Assembly (NCBI GenBank): GCA_045588575.1
Contig: JAZNEJ010000008.1
Coordinates: 108,060 to 172,059 of the forward strand
Direction: 5' to 3'
Source of the DNA: Eubacteriales bacterium
GTDB lineage: Bacteria > Bacillota > Clostridia > Oscillospirales > RGIG5299
Length of the DNA: 64,000 nucleotides
Positions 8,980 through 17,712 of this stretch are shown here, in pieces (the stretch's first letter is position 1; each line of letters starts with the position of its first letter). The notes beneath the pieces were generated by a model, which searched no databases, was not told the DNA's origin, and was given only the letters and a program-made list of their open reading frames with translations. Both the position numbers and the translations under genes were made by a program.

Positions 8980-10358
8980 TAAAACTCAATCTTCTCTTCG
9001 ATATATTTCTTAAGGTCGGAAATTGCAATTCTTTCCTGCTCCATGGTATCTCTGTTACGAACGGTAACGGCGCCGTCGTTTTCGGTATCGAAGTCAACGG
9101 TGATGCAGAAGGGAGTTCCTATTTCGTCCTGTCTTCGGTAACGCTTGCCTATTGAGCCTGCTTCGTCGAATTCAACGTTGAAATATTTGGAAAGATTTGC
9201 GTAGATTTCGGTTGCCTTATCGGAAAGCTTTTTGGAAAGGGGTAAAATTGCCGCCTTAACGGGAGCAAGAGCGGGATGGAAATGCATAACGGTTCTTACG
9301 TCGCCCTTTTCTGCGTCAACAACCTCTTCGTCGTAAGCGTCGCAAACAACTGCGAGGAAGCTTCTTTCAACGCCCAAGCTCGGCTCGATAACGTAAGGAA
9401 CGTAGCGCTCGTTGGTTTCGGGGTCGAAATATGTCATATCCTTGCCGGAATGGTTCTGATGCTGAGTGAGGTCGTAATCGGTGCGGTCTGCAACGCCCCA
9501 AAGCTCGCCCCAGCCAAACGGGAAGAGGAATTCAAAGTCGGTGGTTGCTTTTGAATAGAAGCAAAGCTCGTCTTTATCGTGGTCGCGAAGACGTAAATTC
9601 TCTTCTTTAAGACCGATTGCAACTAACCAATCTCTGCAGAAGCTTCTCCAATAATCAAACCATTCAAGGTCAGTTCCGGGCTTGCAGAAGAATTCAAGCT
9701 CCATCTGTTCAAATTCACGAACACGGAAAATGAAGTTTCCGGGAGTGATTTCGTTTCTGAACGATTTACCTATTTGACCAATTCCGAAGGGAACCTTTCT
9801 TCTGGTGGTTCTCTGAACGGAGGGGAAGTTTACGAAAATGCCCTGCGCCGTTTCGGGACGGAGGTAAATTTCGCTTTTGCTGTCTTCGGTAACGCCTTGG
9901 AAGGTTTTGAACATAAGATTGAATTTTCTTATATCGGTGAAGTTTGCCTTGCCGCAAACGGGACAAACTATTCCGTTTTCTCTTATGTATTCAAGCATTT
10001 GCTCGTTAGACCAGCCTGCGCACATAACGCCGGCATCTTCAATGAGCTTATCGGCTCTGTGGCGCGAGTGGCATTCCTTACAGTCCATCAAAGGATCGGA
10101 GAATCCGCCAACGTGGCCCGATGCAACCCAAGTTTCGGGGTTCATTAAAATTGCGCAGTCAAGACCTACGTTATAAGGAGATTCCTGAACGAATTTCTTC
10201 CACCACGCCTTTTTAATGTTATTTTTAAGTTCAACACCCAAAGGGCCGTAATCCCAAGTGTTTGCAAGACCGCCGTATATTTCCGAGCCGGGATATACAA
10301 GACCTCTGCCTTTGCAAAGAGCAACGATTTTATCCATCTTTTTTTCTGTGTTTAACAT
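8979..10358 (-). CDS. glyQS: Glycine--tRNA ligase (alpha2 type)
   Basis: [40 protein letters not shown] and [10 protein letters not shown]. Exact start (M1 or M8) is uncertain. Confidence 0.95.
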   Translation of the reverse strand: MLNTEKKMDKIVALCKGRGLVYPGSEIYGGLANTWDYGPLGVELKNNIKKAWWKKFVQESPYNVGLDCAILMNPETWVASGHVGGFSDPLMDCKECHSRHRADKLIEDAGVMCAGWSNEQMLEYIRENGIVCPVCGKANFTDIRKFNLMFKTFQGVTEDSKSEIYLRPETAQGIFVNFPSVQRTTRRKVPFGIGQIGKSFRNEITPGNFIFRVREFEQMELEFFCKPGTDLEWFDYWRSFCRDWLVAIGLKEENLRLRDHDKDELCFYSKATTDFEFLFPFGWGELWGVADRTDYDLTQHQNHSGKDMTYFDPETNERYVPYVIEPSLGVERSFLAVVCDAYDEEVVDAEKGDVRTVMHFHPALAPVKAAILPLSKKLSDKATEIYANLSKYFNVEFDEAGSIGKRYRRQDEIGTPFCITVDFDTENDGAVTVRNRDTMEQERIAISDLKKYIEEKIEF

Positions 10359-10489
10359 AGCTATGCCTCTTATCTATAAATGTTTTTAATTGCAGTATAT
10401 AATATAAAGGGATTTGAAGCGTTTGTCAAGAGAATTACAAAAAATTAATGCTTTTTTGCAATTTTTTTGCAATTTTTTCAAAAAAACGT

Positions 10490-11227
10490 TCAGTTTTCCG
10501 AATATCTAACAATAGGCTGACGTTTATGCTCACTTCTTGAATGGTAGGAGTTTATTCTCTCTAAAGCCGCTTCGCTGCATTTGCCTTCTAAAATGAAGGA
10601 GTCGATTTCCGCATAGGAAACGCCCATTTCCTTTTCGTCGGTTTGTCCCTCGAAAAGTCCTGCCGAGGGCGCCTTTTCAATGATTGATGCAGGTGCGTTT
10701 AAATATCTCAAAAATTCGTAGACCTCTTTAACGGTGAGGTCGGAAATGGGATTAAAATCGCAAGCTCCGTCGCCCCATTTGGTAAAATAACCCATATAGT
10801 ATTCACTGCGATTGCTTGTGCCCGCAACGAGATAACCCTTGGTTTGCCCTATGGTGTAAAGCGTTGTCATTCTGAGTCGGGGCGCAATGTTTGCCTTTGC
10901 CTCGTGGCTCGGCTCACCAAGCTGTTCAAGAGCTTTAAGCTCGGCTGCCTTAACCGCGGTTAAATCTATTATAACGTTTTCAATTTTAAACTGCTCGGCA
11001 ACCGCCTTTCCGTCGTCGGCGTCGGTTGTGAAGTTAACTTTCGATTCGCAAGGCATTATAACTCCCAAAACGTTATCGGTCGCCATTTTGCAAAGAATGC
11101 CGACAAGCGCGCTGTCTTTTCCGCCGCTGTTTCCGAAAACAATGCCCTTCGCTCTGCTCTTTTCAAGCAGATTTTTAATGAAATTAACCCTTTTTTCAGT
11201 TTCGATTTTATAATCTCTCATCAACAA
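10490..11227 (-). CDS. nadE: Ammonia-dependent NAD+ synthetase
   Basis: FGNSGGKDSALV P-loop (SGGxDS) and FTKWGDGACD. Confidence 0.9.
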   Translation of the reverse strand: MLMRDYKIETEKRVNFIKNLLEKSRAKGIVFGNSGGKDSALVGILCKMATDNVLGVIMPCESKVNFTTDADDGKAVAEQFKIENVIIDLTAVKAAELKALEQLGEPSHEAKANIAPRLRMTTLYTIGQTKGYLVAGTSNRSEYYMGYFTKWGDGACDFNPISDLTVKEVYEFLRYLNAPASIIEKAPSAGLFEGQTDEKEMGVSYAEIDSFILEGKCSEAALERINSYHSRSEHKRQPIVRYSEN

Positions 11228-11332
11228 ACATCTCCGTAGCTTAATTGTCGTTAATATTTTAGCATATTAAAGGCATTAGGACAATATTTTTTTAAAAATT
11301 TGCGAAAAAATGCATTTTTTTTAAAAAATCAC

Positions 11333-11361
11333 TTGCAAAATTTTCTTATTTGTGTTATAGT
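11333..11361 (+). promoter_or_regulatory. Sigma-A-type promoter upstream of rpmG-secE-nusG
   Basis: TTGCAA, 17-nt spacer (ending TGt), TATAGT, ~85 nt upstream of rpmG. Confidence 0.4.
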
Positions 11362-11446
11362 GTTCGTACCTATCTTTTCGGATGGTTATTTTTTTGACCG
11401 CAAAAATACGGAAAGCATCAGGGAGGCCAGATTAGGAGGTGCCGAT

Positions 11447-11596
11447 ATGAGAGTTAAAATCACATTGGCTTGCACCGAGTGCAAGCAGAGAAACTTCGAC
11501 ACGATGAAGAACAAGAAAAATACTCCCGACAGAGTAGAACTTAAAAAGTATTGCCGCTTCTGCAAGAAGCATACCCTTCATCGCGAGACGAAGTAA
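11447..11596 (+). CDS. rpmG: 50S ribosomal protein L33
   Basis: [17 protein letters not shown]...[23 protein letters not shown] is upstream of the ATG at 11447, so the listed longer ORF is an upstream extension. Confidence 0.95.
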   Translation: MRVKITLACTECKQRNFDTMKNKKNTPDRVELKKYCRFCKKHTLHRETK

Positions 11597-11610
11597 GGAG
11601 GAGAGTTTGA

Positions 11611-11859
11611 ATGGCAGAGAAAACCGCAGCTTCAAACAAAAAAAAGGGCCCGGGCTTTTTTCTGAGAATTAAAAACTATTTCAAAGAGCTCTTCTCGGAA
11701 ATAAAGAAAATCACTTGGCCCACGCCGAAGCAAATCTTAAAAAGCAGCTTAATTGTTCTTGCAGTCGTTGCCGTTGCGGCAATACTTCTTGCAGGACTTA
11801 ACTGGGTTTTAACTTGGGCTTTCAGTGCAATCATCGACTTGCTCCAGAGCATTAAATAA
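11611..11859 (+). CDS. secE: Preprotein translocase subunit SecE
   Basis: Small protein with EIKKITWPT and one C-terminal TM segment, in the conserved position between rpmG and nusG. Confidence 0.85.
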   Translation: MAEKTAASNKKKGPGFFLRIKNYFKELFSEIKKITWPTPKQILKSSLIVLAVVAVAAILLAGLNWVLTWAFSAIIDLLQSIK

Positions 11860-11874
11860 TCGGAGGATTGTCAG

Positions 11875-12396
11875 ATGGAAGCATTATGGTATGTTTTGCA
11901 CACATACTCAGGTTATGAAAACAAGGTTAAGCTGAGCATTGAAAAGCTTATCGAAAGCAAAAAGCTCGACGGAGCTTTCGTTGACGTGCGCGTTCCCACC
12001 GAAACCGTTGTTGAAACGAAAGAAAACGGAGAGCAAAAAGAAACCGAGCATAAAATTTATCCGTGTTACGTAATCATCAAAATGGTGCTTACTCCGGAAA
12101 GCTGGTATCTCGTTCGCAACATCAGAGGCGTTACGGGATTCGTAGGCCCCGGCTCGCGCCCCGTTCCGCTCACCGAAAAGGAAATTGCCGATATGGGAGT
12201 GGAAAAGAAGGTTGTAACCGTAAGCTACGCCGCAGGCGACAGCGTAAAGGTTTTAAACGGTCCGCTCGAAGGCTTTATCGGTGTTGTAGAATCGGTTGAT
12301 ATCGATTCCGACCTCGTTAAAGTAACGGTTTCTATGTTTGGCAGAGAAACACCCGTTGAACTTAAACTCAACGAAGTTGCTGCCATAGAAAAATAA
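11875..12396 (+). CDS. nusG: Transcription termination/antitermination factor NusG
   Basis: WYVLHTYSGYENKV (NGN domain) and a C-terminal KOW (GDSVKVLNGPLEGFIGVVE). Confidence 0.95.
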   Translation: MEALWYVLHTYSGYENKVKLSIEKLIESKKLDGAFVDVRVPTETVVETKENGEQKETEHKIYPCYVIIKMVLTPESWYLVRNIRGVTGFVGPGSRPVPLTEKEIADMGVEKKVVTVSYAAGDSVKVLNGPLEGFIGVVESVDIDSDLVKVTVSMFGRETPVELKLNEVAAIEK

Positions 12397-12516
12397 TTTT
12401 GTTATTAAAGCGAAAAATCGCGTTAATAATCCGGAAGCGGATGCTTCCGCAGTGGGAGAGAGGTCAAAGACCTTTCGCCGTTTACCACATTTGATATTAC
12501 AAGGAGGTGTAATTCA

Positions 12517-12942
12517 ATGGCACAGAAAATTACGGGATACATTAAATTGCAAATTCCCGCAGGAAAAGCTACTCCCGCACCGCCTGTTGGACCTGCACTC
12601 GGTCAGCACGGCGTTAACATCATGGCATTCACCAAGGAATTCAACGAAAGGACTAAGAACGACGTAGGTTTCATCATCCCCGTCGTCATCACTGTATATG
12701 CCGACCGTTCCTTCACTTTCGTTACAAAGACTCCGCCTGCTTCAGAGCTCATTAAAAAGGCTTGCAATATCGAGAGCGGTTCAGGTGTACCTAACAAGAA
12801 CAAGGTAGCATCTCTCACAAAAGCTCAAATTGAAGAAATTGCAAAAACCAAAATGCCCGACCTCACAGCAGCAGATTTGGAAGCCGCAGCAAGCATGATT
12901 GCAGGTACTGCAAGAAGCATGGGCGTAACAGTTAAGGACTAA
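12517..12942 (+). CDS. rplK: 50S ribosomal protein L11
   Basis: [30 protein letters not shown]. Confidence 0.97.
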   Translation: MAQKITGYIKLQIPAGKATPAPPVGPALGQHGVNIMAFTKEFNERTKNDVGFIIPVVITVYADRSFTFVTKTPPASELIKKACNIESGSGVPNKNKVASLTKAQIEEIAKTKMPDLTAADLEAAASMIAGTARSMGVTVKD

Positions 12943-13005
12943 CATTATAATCCGTGCGCGTGGGAGGATTTATCCGAACAACCACTATACAAGGAGAACA
13001 GTAAG

Positions 13006-13701
13006 ATGAAACGAGGAAAAAATTATCAGGAAAGCGCAAAGCTTGTTGAAAAAGCAAAGCTTTATGACGCCGCTGAAGGCGTAGCGCTTGCCGTTACAAC
13101 CGCGAAAGCGAAATTTGACGAAACCGTTGAAGTTCACGTCCGCTTGGGCGTTGACTCACGTCATGCCGACCAGCAGGTTAGAGGCACCATCGTGCTTCCC
13201 AACGGCACCGGCAAATCGGTTAAAGTTCTTGTTTTCGCAAAGGGAGCTAAAGCACAGGAAGCTATCGATGCCGGCGCAGATTACGTTGGCGCTGAAGAGC
13301 TCATTGCTAAGGTTACCGGCGAAAACTGGTTCGATTACGACGTTGTTGTTGCAACTCCCGACATGATGGGCGTTGTAGGTAGACTCGGTAAGGTTTACGG
13401 TCCCAAAGGCTTAATGCCCAACCCCAAAACCGGCACCGTAACTATGGATATTGCCAAAGCTCTTAAAGAAATTAAGGCAGGTAAAATCGAATACCGTTTA
13501 GACAAAACCAACATCATTCACTGCCCCATCGGAAAGGTATCTTTCGGCGCAGAGAAGCTTTTAGAAAACTTCAATGCTCTCTTGGGTGCAATCATTAAAG
13601 CAAAGCCCGCCGCAGCAAAAGGCACTTACATTAAGAGCTGTGTTGTTGCTTCAACCATGGGCCCCGGCGTGAAGATTAACTCTTCTAAGCTCGGTAACTA
13701 A
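13006..13701 (+). CDS. rplA: 50S ribosomal protein L1
   Basis: [14 protein letters not shown]...[13 protein letters not shown]...[13 protein letters not shown]. Confidence 0.97.
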   Translation: MKRGKNYQESAKLVEKAKLYDAAEGVALAVTTAKAKFDETVEVHVRLGVDSRHADQQVRGTIVLPNGTGKSVKVLVFAKGAKAQEAIDAGADYVGAEELIAKVTGENWFDYDVVVATPDMMGVVGRLGKVYGPKGLMPNPKTGTVTMDIAKALKEIKAGKIEYRLDKTNIIHCPIGKVSFGAEKLLENFNALLGAIIKAKPAAAKGTYIKSCVVASTMGPGVKINSSKLGN

Positions 13702-13713
13702 GCTTAAATTAAA

Positions 13714-13738
13714 AGACCGCTTAAAGCGGTCTTTTTTT
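13714..13738 (+). terminator. Rho-independent terminator after rplA
   Basis: agaccgc-ttaa-gcggtct followed by tttttt. Confidence 0.65.
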
Positions 13739-13782
13739 GTTTCGAATTTGAAAAGGTTAAGCTCGTGCCTCGGAGATTTTTT

Positions 13783-14049
13783 CTTCCGCTCATGCTGCGG
13801 TGGCATTGCCCTCTTCCGCTCATGCCGCGGTGGCACGTCCTTTCTTATGTAGACGAAAAGAAAGGACGCAAAGATTCGTCTTTAAAGGGGGAATTTCGGT
13901 TTCCCCCTTAGTCGCCGATTTAAAAGAAAAGAGAAAAGCCGCCGAGAAAAAATCGGCGGCAATATTTATTAAATTTTAAAACAAATCTTCGGCGACTTTA
14001 ACCCCCTTAAACGAAAAGGGCTTACGCCCTTGACCGTGTTGGGTGTGAC
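13783..14049. repeat. Multi-hairpin intergenic repeat element, copy A
   Basis: Aligns by eye over ~265 nt with 22371-22632, with most positions identical. It contains four conserved stem-loops (cgtcctttctt/aagaaaggacg, gggggaa/ttccccc, gccgccga/tcggcggc, aagggc/gccctt). Strand of any transcript is unknown. Confidence 0.6.
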
Positions 14050-14061
14050 GAGTTTTTACAA

Positions 14062-14095
14062 ATAAAAAATCCGCTCGTTAAGAGCGGATTTTTAT
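14062..14095 (-). terminator. Rho-independent terminator after rpsU
   Basis: Minus strand: aatccgctct-taac-gagcggatt followed by ttttt. Confidence 0.6.
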
Positions 14096-14098
14096 TTC

Positions 14099-14275
14099 TT
14101 ACTTAAACTTGCGCTTTCTTGCAGCTTCGGACTTTTTCTTTCTTTTTACGCTGGGTTTTTCATAGTGTTCTCTTTTACGAAGCTCGGAGAGAGTGCCGTC
14201 TTTAGAGCAAGATTTCTTGAAGCGACGAAGAGCGCTATCTAAAGATTCCTTGTCTTTGAGATGAATTTCTGCCAT
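14099..14275 (-). CDS. rpsU: 30S ribosomal protein S21
   Basis: [21 protein letters not shown]...KRKFK. AGGAGG is upstream of the ATG at 14275, so the listed ORF start at 14305 is an extension. Confidence 0.95.
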   Translation of the reverse strand: MAEIHLKDKESLDSALRRFKKSCSKDGTLSELRKREHYEKPSVKRKKKSEAARKRKFK

Positions 14276-14367
14276 ATTTGGTTTCCCTCCTTCCGAAAAT
14301 AACAAAAAGCGAAAAATAGCTTTTTATAGAACTACACAGTAAATTATAATGTGTAAATGCAAAAATG

Positions 14368-14895
14368 TCAAGATTTTTTTGCAAAAATAGTATATTTTTT
14401 TGTTTTTTCCAAAACAAAGGCGGCAACCAATCCGGTAACAGCGCCCGATAACGCCGAAACGAAAACGAGAAAAGGAAGATAGCTCAAAACGGCGGTATTA
14501 AAAAAGAAAAGCGAAACGGCAAACTGTCCTAAATTATGGAAAAACGCGCCTATAATGCTAACGCCCAAGGGTGAGATGATTTTTTTAAGAAAGACCGAGC
14601 TTAACGCCATTGCCGCAAACGCCAAAAGAGTTCCGCAAAGCGAGAACAAAAACGAAACGGGCGTGCCCGCAAATAAGGCGGTTATTAAAACCTTAATTAC
14701 CGAAACGAAAGCAGCGTCAATTATTCCCGTTTTATAAAGCGCAAAAAGGATTACCGCATTTGCAAGCCCCAATTTAAAGCCGAAAACGGGGACCGCTGCG
14801 GGAAGCATTGCATCGACAATGCTTAAAACGGCTGCCATTGCGCCCAAAAGCGCAATTAAGGCAATTCTTTTGGGATTGATTTTAGGTGAGGGCAT
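14368..14895 (-). CDS. Gx transporter family membrane protein (heptaprenyl-diphosphate-synthase-component-I-like fold)
   Basis: Polytopic membrane protein in the usual ApbE / NusG-II / Gx-transporter gene trio. ATG at 14895 has GAGGGGG 6 nt upstream, while the listed start at 14916 is TTG. Confidence 0.6.
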   Translation of the reverse strand: MPSPKINPKRIALIALLGAMAAVLSIVDAMLPAAVPVFGFKLGLANAVILFALYKTGIIDAAFVSVIKVLITALFAGTPVSFLFSLCGTLLAFAAMALSSVFLKKIISPLGVSIIGAFFHNLGQFAVSLFFFNTAVLSYLPFLVFVSALSGAVTGLVAAFVLEKTKKYTIFAKKS

Positions 14896-15244
14896 CAAAA
14901 TCCCCCTCTCCGCCAAGTGAGATAACTATTTTTTGCGGCAAACAAACTATTGAAGCGCCTGCTTTTGAAATTTTGCCTGTTTTTTCGCAAATTTTATCTT
15001 TACATTTGCTTTCCTTAACGTAAACCTCGCCTTTTTCAATGCAAACGGTTAAATGCCCGTCTATTTCAAATTCGCAGTTTTCCGAAACCGAAAGCGTCTT
15101 AACGGTAACGCCATCTTTAATTACGGCCACCGTTTTCGCATTTTTCGGCAAAACGAAAATGAAAAGAAAAAGAAAAAACGATATGAGAAGAACGCTTAAA
15201 AAAACCAAGCCATCTCCTATTTTTATAAAAGACGTTTTTTTCAT
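14882..15244 (-). CDS. NusG domain II-containing membrane-anchored protein
   Basis: N-terminal TM helix plus a small beta domain with a CKDKIC motif. Its position between apbE and the Gx transporter matches the known trio. Confidence 0.5.
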   Translation of the reverse strand: MKKTSFIKIGDGLVFLSVLLISFFLFLFIFVLPKNAKTVAVIKDGVTVKTLSVSENCEFEIDGHLTVCIEKGEVYVKESKCKDKICEKTGKISKAGASIVCLPQKIVISLGGEGDFDALT

Positions 15245-15251
15245 TTCAAAC

Positions 15252-16265
15252 TCAACCTTTAAGGAAATAATCGGTTTTTAAAACGGTGATTTTGCCTTTA
15301 AGCCCCGAGGTTACTATAATTTCACGGTTTTTGGTTATAAAAACCGCCTCGCAAAGCTTATTTTCATTTAAAAATTCAAGCGATGCCGCACTACCCATAA
15401 CGAAAAATGCGGTTGATAAAACGTCGGCATCTGCGCCGCACTCGCCTACAATGGTAACCGAAAGCAAATCGGTTTCGGGGGGCTTTCCCGTTTCGGGATT
15501 TAAAATATGGCAATATTCCTTGCCGTTTTCCTCAAAATAGCGCTCATAGCAGCCGGAGGTTACGTAAAATCCCTCGGTATCCTCCAAAATTGCAACCGAC
15601 TCGCTTTGCGAATAGGGAAGCCTTATTCCAACACGGTAGCTTTGTCCGTTTGCTTTTTTGCCCATAACGCAAACGTTACCGCCGAGATTGATAATTGCGG
15701 AGGTAACGCCCTCTGCGGTTAAAATTCTTTTAACCTCGTCCGATGCATAGCCCTTTGCAATTGCGGCAAGGTTAATTTTAATGCCGCCCGTTAAGGTAAC
15801 GTTTAAACCGTCTATAATTATTCTTCCGTTGTTTTTCTTTTGCATTTCGGCAGAAATTGCGCTTTGTTCGGGCACCTTGGGAGTGCTTTCAAAGCCCCAA
15901 AGCAAAATAACTCCGTAAAGTGAGATATCAAATGCAGGCAAAACCGCGCGCATATCTTCCGCTTTTTTAATGAGCATTGCGGTTTCGGGAGAAACAATAA
16001 CGGCTTCTCCGTTTGCACGGTTTAGCTTATAAATATCGGAGCCTTCTTTTGAAGGTGAAAAAAGGGAGTCTAACTCAAAAACCCTTTGCATTGCCTTGGT
16101 TGCGGCGTTACGTTTGCTTTTCGGCACGGTAATTGTCATATAAGTATCCATAGCGAAAAAGCTCTCGCTAACCGTAGGCTCTTGGCAGGACGAGAAAACA
16201 AGCAACGCCGAAATTAAAAGCACTAACGCCGTTATTAAAGAAACCGTTTTTTTCAAGTCCTTCAC
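15252..16265 (-). CDS. apbE: FAD:protein FMN transferase (ApbE family lipoprotein)
   Basis: Lipobox FSSC, AMDTYMTI, AIAKGYASD and INLGGNV ApbE motifs. Confidence 0.85.
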   Translation of the reverse strand: MKDLKKTVSLITALVLLISALLVFSSCQEPTVSESFFAMDTYMTITVPKSKRNAATKAMQRVFELDSLFSPSKEGSDIYKLNRANGEAVIVSPETAMLIKKAEDMRAVLPAFDISLYGVILLWGFESTPKVPEQSAISAEMQKKNNGRIIIDGLNVTLTGGIKINLAAIAKGYASDEVKRILTAEGVTSAIINLGGNVCVMGKKANGQSYRVGIRLPYSQSESVAILEDTEGFYVTSGCYERYFEENGKEYCHILNPETGKPPETDLLSVTIVGECGADADVLSTAFFVMGSAASLEFLNENKLCEAVFITKNREIIVTSGLKGKITVLKTDYFLKG

Positions 16266-16408
16266 CGCCTTTCATTTTATCTATTTTATCACAAAACTAA
16301 ATGAAAGAAAAGATAATTCTTAATTTTCCTTTATATCTTTGCCGAATTGTTGATTTTAACCATAAAATATGATATTATATAACCACAAAACATAAAGGAG
16401 AAAAGAAA

Positions 16409-16693
16409 ATGTTTACACATATAGTTTTTTACAGAGTGGAAAATCCCGAAGAAAATTTGCCTAAAATGAAGGAGCTTCTTTGCTCTCTTCCTGCAAAAAT
16501 AGAGGTTATCCGCTCCCTTAAATTCGGAATAGACGAGCTTAAAACTCCCCGTTCCGTTGACGGTTGTCTTTACGTTGAGTTTAATAGCGAGGCGGATTAT
16601 CATTATTACAAAGACCATCCCGAGCATTTAAAGGTTGCCGAATTTATAGGAAAAATTAAAAAAGAAGCCTACTCGGCAGATTTTAACGAATAA
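16409..16693 (+). CDS. Dabb (stress-responsive alpha/beta barrel) family protein
   Basis: 94 aa: MFTHIVFYRV...YHYYKDHPEHLKV. Confidence 0.8.
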   Translation: MFTHIVFYRVENPEENLPKMKELLCSLPAKIEVIRSLKFGIDELKTPRSVDGCLYVEFNSEADYHYYKDHPEHLKVAEFIGKIKKEAYSADFNE

Positions 16694-16705
16694 AAATAAA
16701 AACAA

Positions 16706-16729
16706 AAACTCCCGTTTGGGAGTTTTTTT
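16706..16729. terminator. Bidirectional hairpin terminator
   Basis: aaactccc-gttt-gggagttt flanked by A-run and T-run, between convergent genes. Confidence 0.55.
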
Positions 16730-17330
16730 ATTTTAAATAGTCTATCAGTCGGTTTGCGTTCATTCGTGGCGGCAAGCCCATCTTTTTGCAAAGCTCACGT
16801 CTTTTTTCGGCGCTTTTTTCCTCACCCGTAAGCCCCAATTCAAAAAGAAGCGCTTTGGTTACGGGAAAGGTTATTTTTTCTGCCGCATCACTTCCGAAAA
16901 GCTCGCAAACGGCGGTTTTAAAATCATCTTTTCGGTTAAACTCGCCTTCCGATTTTTCTTTGGGAACAGCGTTAATAAGGGCTTTTTCAATTGACGAAAC
17001 GGTGTTTCCCTCAACACCCAAAAGTCCTTCCTTGCCTGCCGTTTCTTTTCTTTTTTCTTTGCCCTTTTCGGCAGGCGGATATGCGTGAAAAACCTCGCCC
17101 TCGGTTACCGAATTTTCAATAAAGGTGCGGATTTTAAAGCCTGCGGAATCAGCATCGGTAAAAATTATTATGCCTCTTTCCACAGCCAATTTCCTTAAAA
17201 ACTCAACCGTTTCGGTATTTTTAAAAACGTTAAAGCCGCCGACGGACACTATAAGTGCGTCGGTTATTTTATCGAGCTTTATTTTATCGTATTTACCTTC
17301 AACGATAATTGCCTGAGTTATATGAAGCAT
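16728..17330 (-). CDS. rnmV: Toprim-domain ribonuclease M5-like protein
   Basis: IIVEGKYDKIKL and IIFTDADSAGFKIR Toprim motifs plus a C-terminal helical tail. 200 aa. Confidence 0.65.
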   Translation of the reverse strand: MLHITQAIIVEGKYDKIKLDKITDALIVSVGGFNVFKNTETVEFLRKLAVERGIIIFTDADSAGFKIRTFIENSVTEGEVFHAYPPAEKGKEKRKETAGKEGLLGVEGNTVSSIEKALINAVPKEKSEGEFNRKDDFKTAVCELFGSDAAEKITFPVTKALLFELGLTGEEKSAEKRRELCKKMGLPPRMNANRLIDYLK

Positions 17331-17386
17331 AAAAATCTCCGAGAACCTTTTTTATAATAATAGCATAAAAAAAGAAGAAAAACAAG
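17328..17386 (-). repeat. Duplicated promoter/RBS/start module, copy 1 (in front of rnmV-like gene)
   Basis: Minus strand cttgtttttc...tttttatgctattattataaaaaa...ggagatttttATG, nearly identical to 17618-17676. Confidence 0.6.
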
Positions 17387-17428
17387 AGCATCCGCGACGG
17401 ATTTGCCGAAGATGCCCTTAATTTACTC

Positions 17429-17620
17429 TTATTTCTTTTTAACAGTTTCGGGAATTTCAATTTCACCCTCTGCTTTTTCAAAATCTTTTATTTCTTTCCT
17501 TATTAAATAAAGAATTTCGCCGTTTGCAGAACGTCCGTAATATTTTGAAATATAGTGAAGCTTATAATGAAGCTCGGGGTCGACCTCTATTCCAAGATGC
17601 TTATTATTTTTATTTCTCAT
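17429..17620 (-). CDS. Small ribbon-helix-helix (Arc/CopG-like) protein
   Basis: 63 aa. HLGIEVDPELHYKLHYISKYYGRSANGEILYLIRKEI fits a beta-strand/helix/helix pattern. Has its own SD and promoter. Confidence 0.45.
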   Translation of the reverse strand: MRNKNNKHLGIEVDPELHYKLHYISKYYGRSANGEILYLIRKEIKDFEKAEGEIEIPETVKKK

Positions 17621-17676
17621 AAAAATCTCCTAATAAACTTTTTTATAATAATAGCATAAAAACAGGCGAAAAACAA
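17618..17676 (-). repeat. Duplicated promoter/RBS/start module, copy 2 (in front of RHH gene)
   Basis: See 17328-17386. Contains TTGTTT-N17-(TGc)TATTAT and GGAGA-N5-ATG. Confidence 0.6.
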
Positions 17677-17712
17677 GCCCTCTCCAACAGAAGAGGACTT
17701 GTTTGCTTTTTA

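Noticed and set aside
10359-10489. T-box riboswitch leader upstream of glyQS.
   Set aside because: Only ~130 nt separate glyQS from nadE. A TTGACA-N17-TATATT promoter occupies part of it, leaving a leader far too short for a T-box. I saw no T-box sequence (AANNNGGGTGGNACCGCG-like).
12397-12516. L1-binding autoregulatory leader upstream of rplK (hairpin ggaagc-ggat-gcttcc, then gtgggagagaggtcaaagacc).
   Set aside because: Plausible from position, and GGGAG...GACC loosely resembles the L1 stalk mimic. I cannot verify the fold or match it to the Rfam model by eye, so I do not report it as a feature.
13651-13836. ORFs translating the repeat element (13651-13836 and 22562-22768), giving PPRHERK-type repeats.
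   Set aside because: The periodic peptide is an artefact of the tandem DNA sub-repeat. There is no RBS, the two copies are not conserved as protein, and substitutions track hairpin loops rather than codons.
16331-16627. 98-aa minus-strand ORF overlapping the Dabb gene.
   Set aside because: It overlaps a well-supported plus-strand gene and its promoter region. Its AT-rich translation has no motif.
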